From an uncultured Gemmatimonadaceae bacterium (lineage in GTDB: Bacteria > Gemmatimonadota > Gemmatimonadetes > Gemmatimonadales > Gemmatimonadaceae): 64,000 nt of DNA. A program made the translations under genes and the position numbers. This document shows, in pieces, positions 42,244 to 52,248 of the stretch. The first letter of the stretch is position 1. Every line of letters starts with the position of its first letter. The notes under the pieces are model-generated. The model worked only from the letters and a program-made list of their open reading frames with translations. It did no database searches and was not told the DNA's origin. The DNA lies in NCBI GenBank assembly GCA_963829055.1, contig CAWHHI010000009.1:64001-128000 (forward strand), given 5' to 3'.

Positions 42244-43354
42244 ATGCTCGACCTGATTCGCCGCACCGCCATTCTCCGGTTGCTCCCGCTGTTCTCGCTG
42301 CTCGGGCCGTCGCTCGCATCAGCCCAGCGGCACGACACGCCCAGCTTCACCGTGGGCACCGTGACCGCGCAGCGCGGCACGACAGCAACCGGCACCATCG
42401 CGGTACCCGCCGGCACCGACTCCGGGCTCTCGATTCCAGTGGCCGTGATCCACGGCGCGCGACCGGGCCCGATCGTCGCATTCGTCGCCGGAAGCCACGG
42501 CACCGAGTACAGCTCCATCGTCGCCCTGCAGCGGCTGATCCCGCGCATCGACGCGAAATCGCTCGCCGGCACGGTGATCATCGTTCCGATCATCAATATC
42601 GCGTCGTTCGAGCAGATGACGCCGCATCTCAATCCGGTCGACCGGAAGAGCATGAACGGGAATTACCCGGGCGATCCCAACGGGACACAGTCACAGCGGG
42701 CACTGGCGCTCATCACGAGCCAGGTCGTCGTGCCAGCGGACGTCGTCGTCGATCTCCACGGCGGAGACCTCGACGAGAATCTCCGCCCGTACAGCTACTG
42801 GTTCCGCGGCGGGCGCGCGGCGCAGGACTCGGCGGGGCTCAAGCTCGCGCTCGCGTTCGGGCTCGACCACATCATCGTCACCGACGTGAATCCCGATGCG
42901 CCTAACGCCGGACGATCGCTCTCGTCGCAGGCGCTGGTTCGCGGGAAGACGGTGCTTGGTCGCCGAAGCGGGCCGCAGCGGGATCGTTGCGCCGAGTGAC
43001 ATCACCGCGCTCGTCGATGGCTCGCTCAACGTGCTCGGCCAACTCGGGATGCTGCAGCGGCAGGTGCATCGGGTCGCGAATCCGATCTGGCTCGATGGCG
43101 CGGGGCCGAGGATCGCCGCCGACAGCACGAGCGTCTTCTTCGCCTCGGTCGACCGCGACGCCCGGGTGAAGAAAGGACAGGTGCTCGGCTACACCACGGA
43201 TCTCCTGGGAAAGAAGACCGGTGACGTGGTCGCGCCGATCGATGGACTGGTCACGTTCATTCGCGGCGTGCCGTCCGCCGCGCCGCGCGCGACTCTGGCG
43301 ACCGTGCTCGCGATCCTTCCATCACCACGTCCGTGGAAGGCTCCGACGCCGTGA
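42244..43354 (+). CDS. Succinylglutamate desuccinylase/aspartoacylase (M14) family protein (frameshift near 42958)
   Basis: AGSHGTEY, DLHGGD, VAEAG; C-terminal biotinyl-like VKKGQVLG; signal peptide. Confidence 0.88.
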
Positions 43355-43384
43355 TCATCGTCGCGCGGCGGACCTGCAATAGCG

Positions 43385-44644
43385 TTAGTCCCGGACCGAG
43401 GTCATCGCCTGGTACACGAGCACGGGAAACTTTCCGGCGACGTCCGACCGGTTCGGCAGCTGGTTCAGCATGAAGATGAGAACGACTCCCTGCTTACGAT
43501 CGACGCGATACTGGCTGCCATATGCGCCGCCCCAGCCGAACGCGCCGACCGAGAACAGCGTATTGTCCGCGCCGAGTCGCTCGACGATCGAGAAGCCGAG
43601 ACCGAAACCCTCGCCGCTCGTGGGATACAGCGTCCCAGTCTGGTTCGTAGTCATGAGCGCGACGGTCTGCGGCGACAGTACTCTCACGCCGTCGAGCTCA
43701 CCCCCGTTCAACATCATCTGCATGAGGCGCGCATAGTCGCGTGCCGTGGACACGAGACCCGCACCGCCCGAAAAACTGCGGCGCGGACCGTCCACGTAAT
43801 GCCCCTGTCCCTTCGCGCCGTCGGGCGCGCGAGCCACGTGATTGCCGGCATCGCTCGCGTAGACCGCGACCAGGCGCTCGCGCTTCGCGGCGGGCACGAA
43901 GAAGTGTGTGTCCTTCATTCCCAACGGCTGGGTGATGCGCGTCCTGATGAACTCGTCGAGCGGCAGTCCCGACGCAACCTCGACGACGCAGCCGAGAATG
44001 TCGGTGTTGTACCCGTACACCCACGCCTCGCCGGGTTGACTCGCGAATGGAAGCGACGCGAGGCGCTCCATCGTCGGACAAATGGGTTCGTCCTTGTCGG
44101 CCGTGTACCATCCCCAACCCGCCGCCGGCCCGAGCCCCTTCTCGCGATACAGCGACGCGAGCACGGAATCCGTGCCGTACGAGATCCCCGCGGTGTGAGT
44201 GAGCAGGTCGCGGATGGTGATCCGGCGCTTGGCCGGCATCTGCTGGCCGTTCACCATGACGGTCGTGCGGGCGTACGCGGGAATGAAGCGACTCACGGGA
44301 TCGTCCAGCGCGATCTTGCCTTCCTCGAACAGGATCATGGCCGCGATGCTCGTTAGGGCCTTGGTCTGTGAGGCGATCCGGAAGAGAGCGTCGGTCGTCA
44401 TGCGTCGCCCACTCTCCTTGTCGGCCCAGCCCACGGCGCGCTCGTAGACGACCTTCCCGTCGCGCAGCACGAGCCCGACCGCACCCGCGATCCTGCTGCT
44501 GTCTGTCTGCTGTAGGAGATACGCGTCCACGCGCTGCAAACGTTCGGCGGAGAAGCCGTTGTCCGAACGCGCGCTGGCGCGGCTCGCGGCCTGCGCGCTG
44601 AGTAGCGCCGGGAACGCTGCGACAAGGAGAAGGGTGCGCTGCAT
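43385..44644 (-). CDS. Serine hydrolase, beta-lactamase family
   Basis: Signal peptide MQRTLLL; FRIASQTK (SxxK), LLTHTAG, PGEAWVYG, FGWGG. Confidence 0.9.
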   Translation of the reverse strand: MQRTLLLVAAFPALLSAQAASRASARSDNGFSAERLQRVDAYLLQQTDSSRIAGAVGLVLRDGKVVYERAVGWADKESGRRMTTDALFRIASQTKALTSIAAMILFEEGKIALDDPVSRFIPAYARTTVMVNGQQMPAKRRITIRDLLTHTAGISYGTDSVLASLYREKGLGPAAGWGWYTADKDEPICPTMERLASLPFASQPGEAWVYGYNTDILGCVVEVASGLPLDEFIRTRITQPLGMKDTHFFVPAAKRERLVAVYASDAGNHVARAPDGAKGQGHYVDGPRRSFSGGAGLVSTARDYARLMQMMLNGGELDGVRVLSPQTVALMTTNQTGTLYPTSGEGFGLGFSIVERLGADNTLFSVGAFGWGGAYGSQYRVDRKQGVVLIFMLNQLPNRSDVAGKFPVLVYQAMTSVRD

Positions 44645-44682
44645 GGGAGTGATGGCTCGGTGTAGTTTTGGATTCGAGGCGC

Positions 44683-45850
44683 TCACGCGGCGTCTTCTCC
44701 CAGGCCGAGCTCTCGCAGAATCTCCGCCGAGTGCTGGCCGAGCAGCGGGGGTGGGCGCCTGACGCGCGGCGGCGTCTCGCTCATCTTGAGCGGAAAGCCT
44801 AACGTGCGCACTCGGCCGGCAACCGGATGGTCGATTTCCTCGATCATGTGACGGGCGTGCGTGTGTGGATCCGCGAAGACCTGGGCGAAGTCGTGAATCG
44901 GCCCCGCTGGTACGCCTACGGCGAGCATGCGCTCGACCCAGTCCGCGGTGGTACGCGCGGCCAGTGCGACCTCGATCTCGCGCACGAGCGCGGGGCGGTT
45001 CGCCATTCTCGCGGCGTTCGTCGCGAAGCGCGAATCGGACGTGAGCGTCCTCGCGATCCAGCGTCGCGCAGAGTCGCTCCCACTGCAGCGACGTGAGCGC
45101 GGCGAGCGTGATGTACCCATCGCTCGTGCGGAACGCCTGGTACGGTGCGCTCAACCGGTGGGCCGAGCCCATCGCGTGAGGCGCACTGCCCGTCGCCCAG
45201 TACTCGGTCGTTTCCCAGACGGACATCGCGAGCGCCGACTCGAACAGCGACGTGTCAATGTGCTGCCCGCGACCGGTTTTACCACGCGCGATGAGCGCCG
45301 CGAGTATGCCGTTCGTGGCAATGAGACCGACCGACAAGTCCGCGATCGGTACGCCGCATTTCACGGGCGTCCCGCCGGGCTCACCAGTCACGCTCATGAT
45401 GCCGCTCATGCCCTGCGCGATGAGGTCGAAGCCGGGTCGGTCCGCGTACGGGCCCGTCTGCCCGAAGCCGGATATGCTCGCGTAGATGAGACGCGGATTG
45501 AGCGCCGACACGGTTTCGTAGTCCACGCCGAGCCGCTTCGTGACGCCCGGGCGGAAGCTCTCGACGAGCACGTCCGCCGTGCGAACGAGCGCCGTCATCA
45601 CCGCACGGTCGGAGTCCCGTGTGAGGTCGAGGACGATGCTGCGCTTGTTTCGATTGAGCGCGAAGAACGGAGCGTTGTCGTTGCCAGGCATCCGCAACTG
45701 CGCGCCGCCCATCGATCGCGAGAGATCGCCGGTGGGCGGTTCGACCTTGATGACGTCGGCGCCAAGGTCGCCGAGCTGCATGGTGCAGAACGGGCCGCCC
45801 ATGACCTGCGTGAGGTCGACGACGCGCACGCCGTCGAGAGGGAGAGTCAT
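44683..45850 (-). CDS. CaiB/BaiF family III CoA-transferase (frameshift near 45050)
   Basis: PLDGVRVVDL, LGADVIKVE, NRNKRS, ISGFGQTGP; the true C-terminus PPPLLGQHSAEILRELG is in ORF 44683..45120. Confidence 0.92.
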
Positions 45851-45875
45851 GCGGGCAATTCTAGCTCGCCGCCGA

Positions 45876-47633
45876 TCATTTCACGACGCCCGCATCGAAC
45901 ACGACCTTCCCGTTGAAGATCGTCATCAGACACTTCGCGTCCTTGATCTCGGCCGTCGGCACCGAGTAGAAGTCGCGATCCCACACCGCGAGGTCCGCGT
46001 ACTTCCCGACCTCGATCGACCCGATCTTCTTCTCCAGGAACATCTGCCGCGCCGCCCAGATCGTCACCGCGCGCAAGCGCCGTGCGCACGTCCACCGACT
46101 CTGCGCGGCCGAACGGGTCCTTGCCGTAGACGCCTAACAACGGCTCGCGCGCGATCGCGGCCCAGATGCCATAGCGCGCCGGGAACGGCGTGACGCCGAT
46201 AGTCGGAGCCGTTGCGCCCACGTCATGCCCTTCGCGCGGAACGTCTTGAATGGATTCAGGCGAAGCGAACGCTTCGGCCCGAAGTTGCCCGCGTACGTGT
46301 CGCCGAGCCACCAGGTGAACGTCGCGGATGGCTCGGGATAGCCGGCGTCGAAGTCGCGCTGCAGCCTCGCCATCATGTCGATCGCGTGATCCGTCGGAAT
46401 GTTCGAGTGGATGATCGCGTGCCGGAGGCCCTTCTTCGGATTCTCGCGCATCGCCTGATCGTACGTGTCCACGACCCAGTCGATGCCGCGGTCGCCGATC
46501 GAGTGCACCGCGACGTGCATTCCGGCATCGTGGTACATGCGGATGAGCATGCGGATCGTGTCGGGATTCGACGCCGGATATCCGCGATTGCCCGGATCGG
46601 TGCCGCGATAGTCCTTGTTCCAGTCGTCGTAGAGCCACGCCGTGCGCGCGCCGCCCGAGCCGTCGATGTAGAGCTTCACGCCGCCGGCGATCACGTGATC
46701 GTCGCCAGTGCGTCTCGTACGGCTTCGTCATCGCCGCACGCTCGGCGATCAGCTCGCTTCGCGCTCATCGACCGAGCGCCCGCCTGACCAGAGCGCGAAC
46801 ACGCGCACGTTGAGCGCGCTGTCCTGCTCGACCTTCTTGTAGATGTCCCACGTCTGCGACGAGATGCCCGGGATCCTTGAGGCCGGTCATCCCCTCGGCG
46901 TTGAACGCCTTCACGAAGTCGCGGATCCCCGCTTCGGTCTCCGCGGCCGAGCGCTGGCGGGACGAGGCGACGCACGAGACCCGCCGCGCCTTCGCGCAAC
47001 AGGCCGGTCGGCGTGCCGTCGGCGTTGCGGTCGATCGTGCCGTTCGGCGGATCCCGCGTGTCCTTCGTGACGCCGGCGAGGCTAAGCGCGACGCTGTTCG
47101 CGACGACGTAGTGGCCGGTGGTCTGCGTGAGCACGACCGGGTTGTCGGGCGAGACGGCGTCGAGGTCCTTCGCCGTGATGACACGTCGCTCGGTGAGCTT
47201 GCCCTCGTCCCAGCCACGTCCCTGAATCCACGCGCCCTTGGCGCGACGTGGCCACCTTCGCGCGAATCGCGGCGGCGACATCCGCGATGCTCTTGACGTT
47301 CGGATAGCTCAGGTCGATCACGTACAGGCGGTCGGCGCCGCCGCCGGAGAAGTGCGCGTGCGCATCGAGCAATCCGGGCGTGACGGCGCGGCCGCCGAGG
47401 TCGATGCGTCGTGCGTTAGGCGCGGCGGCGCGTTCGACTTCAGCCGTCGACCCGACAGCGACGATGCGTCCGCCAGCAATACCCACGGCCTGTGCGATCC
47501 GATCGTTCGTATCGACGGTCAGCACGCGACCGTTCACGAGGATGAGATCGGCGCGTGGCTGCTGCGCGCTCAGCGGTGCCGCGATCGCGATGCACGTCGC
47601 GAGAACGAGCGAATGCTGCTTCATGGACTTCAT
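45876..47633 (-). CDS. Amidohydrolase (YtcJ-like; several frameshifts)
   Basis: PGLLDAHAH, GRGWD, VKLYIDGS, VHSIGD, KIGSIEVGKYADL. Confidence 0.9.
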
Positions 47634-47852
47634 GGACACGTGGGAGCGATGTAGGTCTGGAATGTGATTGGACGCGCCGGGCCGGCATGGCCATTGTGAG
47701 GTCGCCACCAACGGTGTGGTAGACGATCGCGGAATGTCCAGCGAGTGGCGACCGGTCGGTCCGGGCCGTATGATATCGCGCCGCCCGGTTCGGTTCCCGC
47801 TGTCGGGCGAAGCAACCCAGAGGATTTCTCTCTCTTGTCCGGAGGATGCTGT

Positions 47853-49129
47853 ATGCTGCGCGCAGCTCAGTTACGCCTTGCCCTCGCCGCCATCGCAGCT
47901 GTCGCCCTGGCCGCCTGCCAGGAAGACCAGACTCCGACGGCCGTGACCGTCCCCGCACAACCCTCGGCAAGCGCGCAGTCGTCGCAGGGCAACGGGCCAC
48001 CCACGGCCGACGAACTCGATCGGCAGGTGCCCGGTTTCGGTGGCTTCTTCCTCGATCGCGCGGGAGAGCCGACCGTGTACCTCGACGCGTGGTGCGAGCA
48101 GGGCTCCGGCGGAGCGCGCGCTCGGTGCGTATCTCGCGGCGCGCGGCCTGTCGAACGCGGCGGTGCACGTGCTCGAGGCCCGGTACGGATGGCAGCAGCT
48201 CCAGCGCTGGCAGGACGCGGCGACCGACGGTGCCTTCGAGGTCCCCGGGACGGTGTTCGTGGACAACGACGAGACGAGCAACCGTGTTCGCATCGGCGTC
48301 GAGAACGTGAATGCGGTCGGACAGGTTCGGGCGGCGTTGGCTCGCCGCGGTCTGCCTGACGACGCGGTGATCATCGAGCGCGCCGACCCGATCGTGCAGG
48401 TGGCGTCGCTCCAGAACGTCGTCGACCGCCCGGTGCGCGCTGGCGTTCAGATCAATTTCCCCGGATTCCTCTGCTCGGTCGGGTTCAACGCGACGTCGGG
48501 CGACGTAGAAGTCGTTCATCACCGCGTCGCACTGCACGACCAAGCAGGGTGGTGTCGAGAGCACTCCGTATTGGCAGCCGCTCCAGTCGGTGAATGGCAC
48601 GCAGATCGCGACGGAGGTTGCGGACCCGGTCTACTACGAAGGGCGCGGGCTGCCCGGGCGGCAAGACCTGTCGCTACAGCGACGCTTCGCGTGCGGCGTA
48701 CAGCGAACGGCGCCAACCAGGCGCTCGGCCTGATCGCGAGGACGAGCGGGCCTAACAACAACAGCCTCGAGATCACCGGCTCGTTCACGATCACGTCGGA
48801 CGACTGCGCAGACACGATCGGCGGATGCCTGCCAGTTGGCGCGACGGTGAACAAGGTCGGGCGCACCACCGGATGGACCAGGGCACCATCACGAACACGT
48901 GCGTCAACACCGGCGTGCAGGGCAGCAGGATCGTCCAGCTCTGCCAGACGTTCGTGTCGGCCGGAGTGGGCGGGGGCGACAGCGGCTCGGACGTCTTCCA
49001 GATCACGGGCGATGCACGAGCGTGAAGCTCGCTGGGATTCTCTGGGGCGGGAGCTCGAGCGGGACTCAGTTCGTGTTCAGCCCGTTCGGCAACGTGACGA
49101 GAGAGCTCGGCGCGCTGACCACGCACTGA
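47853..49129 (+). CDS. Secreted S1 (chymotrypsin/alpha-lytic-like) serine protease lipoprotein with pro-region (frameshifted)
   Basis: Lipobox LAAC; CSVGF, ITASHC, KVGRTTGWT, GGGDSGS and GILWGG across frames. Confidence 0.82.
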
Positions 49130-49139
49130 GCCGCCGACG

Positions 49140-49527
49140 CAGTATCCCGACGTTCACCTAACGCTGGAGGCACCGGCCCGCGCCCGTTCGGGCGAGCCGG
49201 TGCCTCTCGTTTTAACGGTCACGAACACCGGCACCGCTGTCCGTGACGTTGCAGCTCCTCGGCCGGAAACCCACCGCCGACTTCCGCATCTCGGACGCAG
49301 ACGGCCGCCCAATCTGGACTCGCCTTCGCGGCCAGACGATGCTCGGCGCGCTTCGCCTCTATCCGCTGGATGCAGGAAAGGCACTCGTATTCCGAGCGGT
49401 GTGGGATGGGCGTGACGACGGTGGAAGCCTGGCGCCGCCGGGCGAGTACCTGATCCGCGGCGTGCTACTGACTGACGACCCCGGAGGGCTGCCTTCCTCG
49501 CCCCTCCGGCTGCGCGTTGACGCCTAA
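49140..49527 (+). CDS. BsuPI-like putative proteinase inhibitor (start uncertain; frameshift near 49243)
   Basis: GEPVPLVLTVTNTG...DFRISDADGRPIW...VWDGRDDGG...PPGEYLIRG. Confidence 0.65.
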
Positions 49528-49545
49528 CGCCTCCGGGATCGACGC

Positions 49546-50598
49546 TCACACCCGCGGCATCACCTCGGCTGAAAACAGCTCCATACTGCGTAGCACCTGC
49601 TCGTGTGGGATGAGGCCGCCGAAGTTGAACCAGCAGATCACCCGCCCGGGGTTGAGCTCCTCCCTCACTTGCTGGAGCCGTTCCACGCACGCGGATGGCG
49701 TGTCGAAGATCCCCGTCACGGTGTTCACACTGTCGTACGTCATCCCGCAGATCTGCTCGAGAATCGCCTGCAGCTTCGGCCGCTCCGACTCAGGAGACTT
49801 CGCCACCCATGTCGCCGCCACCGACGCCGCCGTCTCCGCGAATTGCCTGACACTCGGCGCGACGTCACGCTCGACGCGACGCCGGTCGCTCCCGACGTAG
49901 ATCGGCATGAGCAGCGTTAGGTCCTCGCCCGCAGCCGTCGCATGGCCGGCGTCCGCGCGGGCGCGGCGGTAGAGCGGAATCAGCTCCCGCAGCTTCGGGA
50001 GCGGGTTGACGTTCGAGGCGACGAAGATCGGGTAGCCCTCACGGCCGGCCCACGTGGCGGTGTCTGCGCTGTTGGCGGCAACACGAATGGGTGGGTGCGG
50101 CTGCTGGATCGGCCTCGGCGCGAGTGCGAGGTCGTCCGCGTGGAAGAATCGCCCTCGGAACGAGAACCGCTCGGTTGTCCACGCTCGGCGGATGTAGTCG
50201 AGCGACTCTACCATGCGGTCGCGGCTCTCGGACATTGGCACGCCGAAGCCGCCGAAGTGGCTCGGGTTGCCGCCGCGCCCGACGCCGAGCTCGACACGGC
50301 CGCCACTGAGGACGTCGAGTGTCGCGATCTCCTCCGCCACACGCATCGGGTGCGCGAGCGGGAGCTGCACGATCGCGGTGCCGAGGCGGAGGGTGGTCGT
50401 GCGCGCCGCGATGGCCGCCAGGAGGAGGGTCGGGCAGGGAAGGATCGATACCGTCGGGTTGAAGTGGTGCTCGACCGGCCACACCGACTCGAATCCGAGC
50501 GCTTCGGCGCGCGTTGCCTGCTCTATGGTGTCACGATACCGTTGCGCGGGCGACTGGCCCTCGGCACACGATAACAGGTAGTGAAGTCCGAACTTCAT
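49546..50598 (-). CDS. LLM-class flavin-dependent oxidoreductase
   Basis: MKFGL, AEALGFESVWPVEHH, HPMRVAEEIATLDVLSGGRVELGVGRG, PIQQPHPP. Confidence 0.93.
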   Translation of the reverse strand: MKFGLHYLLSCAEGQSPAQRYRDTIEQATRAEALGFESVWPVEHHFNPTVSILPCPTLLLAAIAARTTTLRLGTAIVQLPLAHPMRVAEEIATLDVLSGGRVELGVGRGGNPSHFGGFGVPMSESRDRMVESLDYIRRAWTTERFSFRGRFFHADDLALAPRPIQQPHPPIRVAANSADTATWAGREGYPIFVASNVNPLPKLRELIPLYRRARADAGHATAAGEDLTLLMPIYVGSDRRRVERDVAPSVRQFAETAASVAATWVAKSPESERPKLQAILEQICGMTYDSVNTVTGIFDTPSACVERLQQVREELNPGRVICWFNFGGLIPHEQVLRSMELFSAEVMPRV

Positions 50599-50775
50599 CG
50601 TTCTACTCCTCGCCAATGCTCACTGTGCGTCGACCGCGACCGCCGCGGGTTGCACGGGAGGATGGTACGCGCGCGTGCCACGCGGGCGTATCTGGCGACT
50701 GGCCGATCTTGTCCCTGACGATGGTTGGGTCGGGCGCGTCGCGACGCGCCATGCGTCGCCTAACGAACCGGAATG

Positions 50776-52025
50776 CTACCTGGGCCGACTATCCGGACGG
50801 GGGCGGAGCCGCGCGTAGGCGAAGAGGGGATTCACCGCGGCTTTGCCTTGCACGAGCGCCGCGACGTGCTCGCCGAGCGCCGGCCCCATCTTGAAACCGT
50901 GCCCGGAGCCGCCGCCGACGAGCCACACGTTCTCGAGTTGCGGATGCTTGTCGATGAGGTAGTTGCCGTCGCTCGACGCCTCGTACTGACACACCCGCGC
51001 TTCCACGAGCGGCGCGTTGGCGAGAGCAGGGAAGCGCTCCGCCACGATTTTCTTCGCGCGCGCGAGGCCGTCGGCGCTCGGGACACGGTCGATCGTCGTG
51101 GGGTCGACTTCGTCGCCCGCTGTATCATCCGCGACCTTGAGGCCGCGTCGCTCGAAGCTCGGGACGCCGTAGACGAGCCGCTCGCCGATGTGCACCCATA
51201 CCGGTTGCGTCGGGGCGTCGAATCGGCGTGTCACCCGGCGGCGTGCCGAAGAAGAAGACCTCCTGTCGAGTCGCGACGATCCGGCGGCCGACGACGTCGG
51301 GGAACACCTGCCCCATCCACGGGCCGCACGCGAAGACGAAGCGGTCGGCGTCGAGAGCGCTGCCGGCCGGCAAGCCCGATGTTCGTTAGGCGACTGCCGG
51401 CCGTCCTTCCAGGGCGGACCATCGCCTGCCTGTACGTTCCGCCTTCGCGCACGAACGTCTCGCGCACGAGCTCGCACGCAACGCGCGCTGTGAGAAACCC
51501 GCCGTCCGGTTCGTGGAACACGCTGCGCACGTTCTGAAAGCCCATCTGCGGGAAGCGGCGCCGAGCCTCGGCCAGTGGCAGCTCTTCGAGGCCCAGCCCG
51601 ACCGCCTTCATGGGCGCGATCGACTTCCGCACGTAACTGTCGTCGGTTGCGCACATCCAGACGGCGCCGGTGCGGTAGTAGATCTGGCGCTTCCACCGCT
51701 GCTCGGCCTCACGCCACAGCTTCATGGCGCGAGCCGCCATCTGGCTGTAGTCGGGGACGCCGTTATACACCCCGCGGATGACGCGAGTCTCGCCGCCTGA
51801 CGACGCGCGCGAGTTGCCGGCACCCCACGCGTCCACGAGCGTTACGCGCATGCCTGCGCGGAGAAGCGAGAGCGCGGTCCAACCTCCGAATGCGCCAGCA
51901 CCCACGACGATGACGTGCTCCTGCGATGGCCGGAGCGCGCCGAATCGCAGCACGAACGGCGCCGCGACAGCGGAGGCGACGAACGAGCGCCGCGATACGT
52001 GGCGAGATGCAGGCGTTGTTGTCAT
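50776..52025 (-). CDS. FAD-dependent oxidoreductase (sarcosine oxidase/DAO-like) with Tat-like signal (frameshifted)
   Basis: [36 protein letters not shown]. Confidence 0.9.
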
Positions 52026-52044
52026 TCCAGCGAGCACCAGCCGC

Positions 52045-52153
52045 TGTCATCCCGAGGAGTGAAACGACGAGGGACCTTCTGTAACGTCATAGTGGCACGA
52101 CTGCCACGAGTACGTTACGAGAAGATCCCTCGCCTTGCTCGCTCGGGATGACA
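52045..52153. repeat. REP/MITE-like palindromic element, copy 2
   Basis: TGTCATCCCGAG...CGAGGGACCTTCT...AGAAGATCCCTCG...CTCGGGATGACA. Confidence 0.85.
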
Positions 52154-52248
52154 CGGTGGTTCGCGCGAGATGACGCCGCATTCTTCCTCCGCCCTCCGCC
52201 GTCCGTCCGCCGTCCGCCCCTCCTTCCCAAGGCCTCCTTCCTCAGGCC

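Noticed and set aside
43385..45850. 821-aa ORF that looks like a CoA-transferase/serine hydrolase fusion
   Set aside because: A frameshift near 45050 causes the join. The true CoA-transferase C-terminus and stop are in another frame (ending 44683), and the hydrolase has its own signal peptide from 44644.
52180..52248. Pyrimidine-rich low-complexity tract (CCGTCCG-like units) after the TonB receptor stop
   Set aside because: Short and irregular; I cannot support a function from the sequence.
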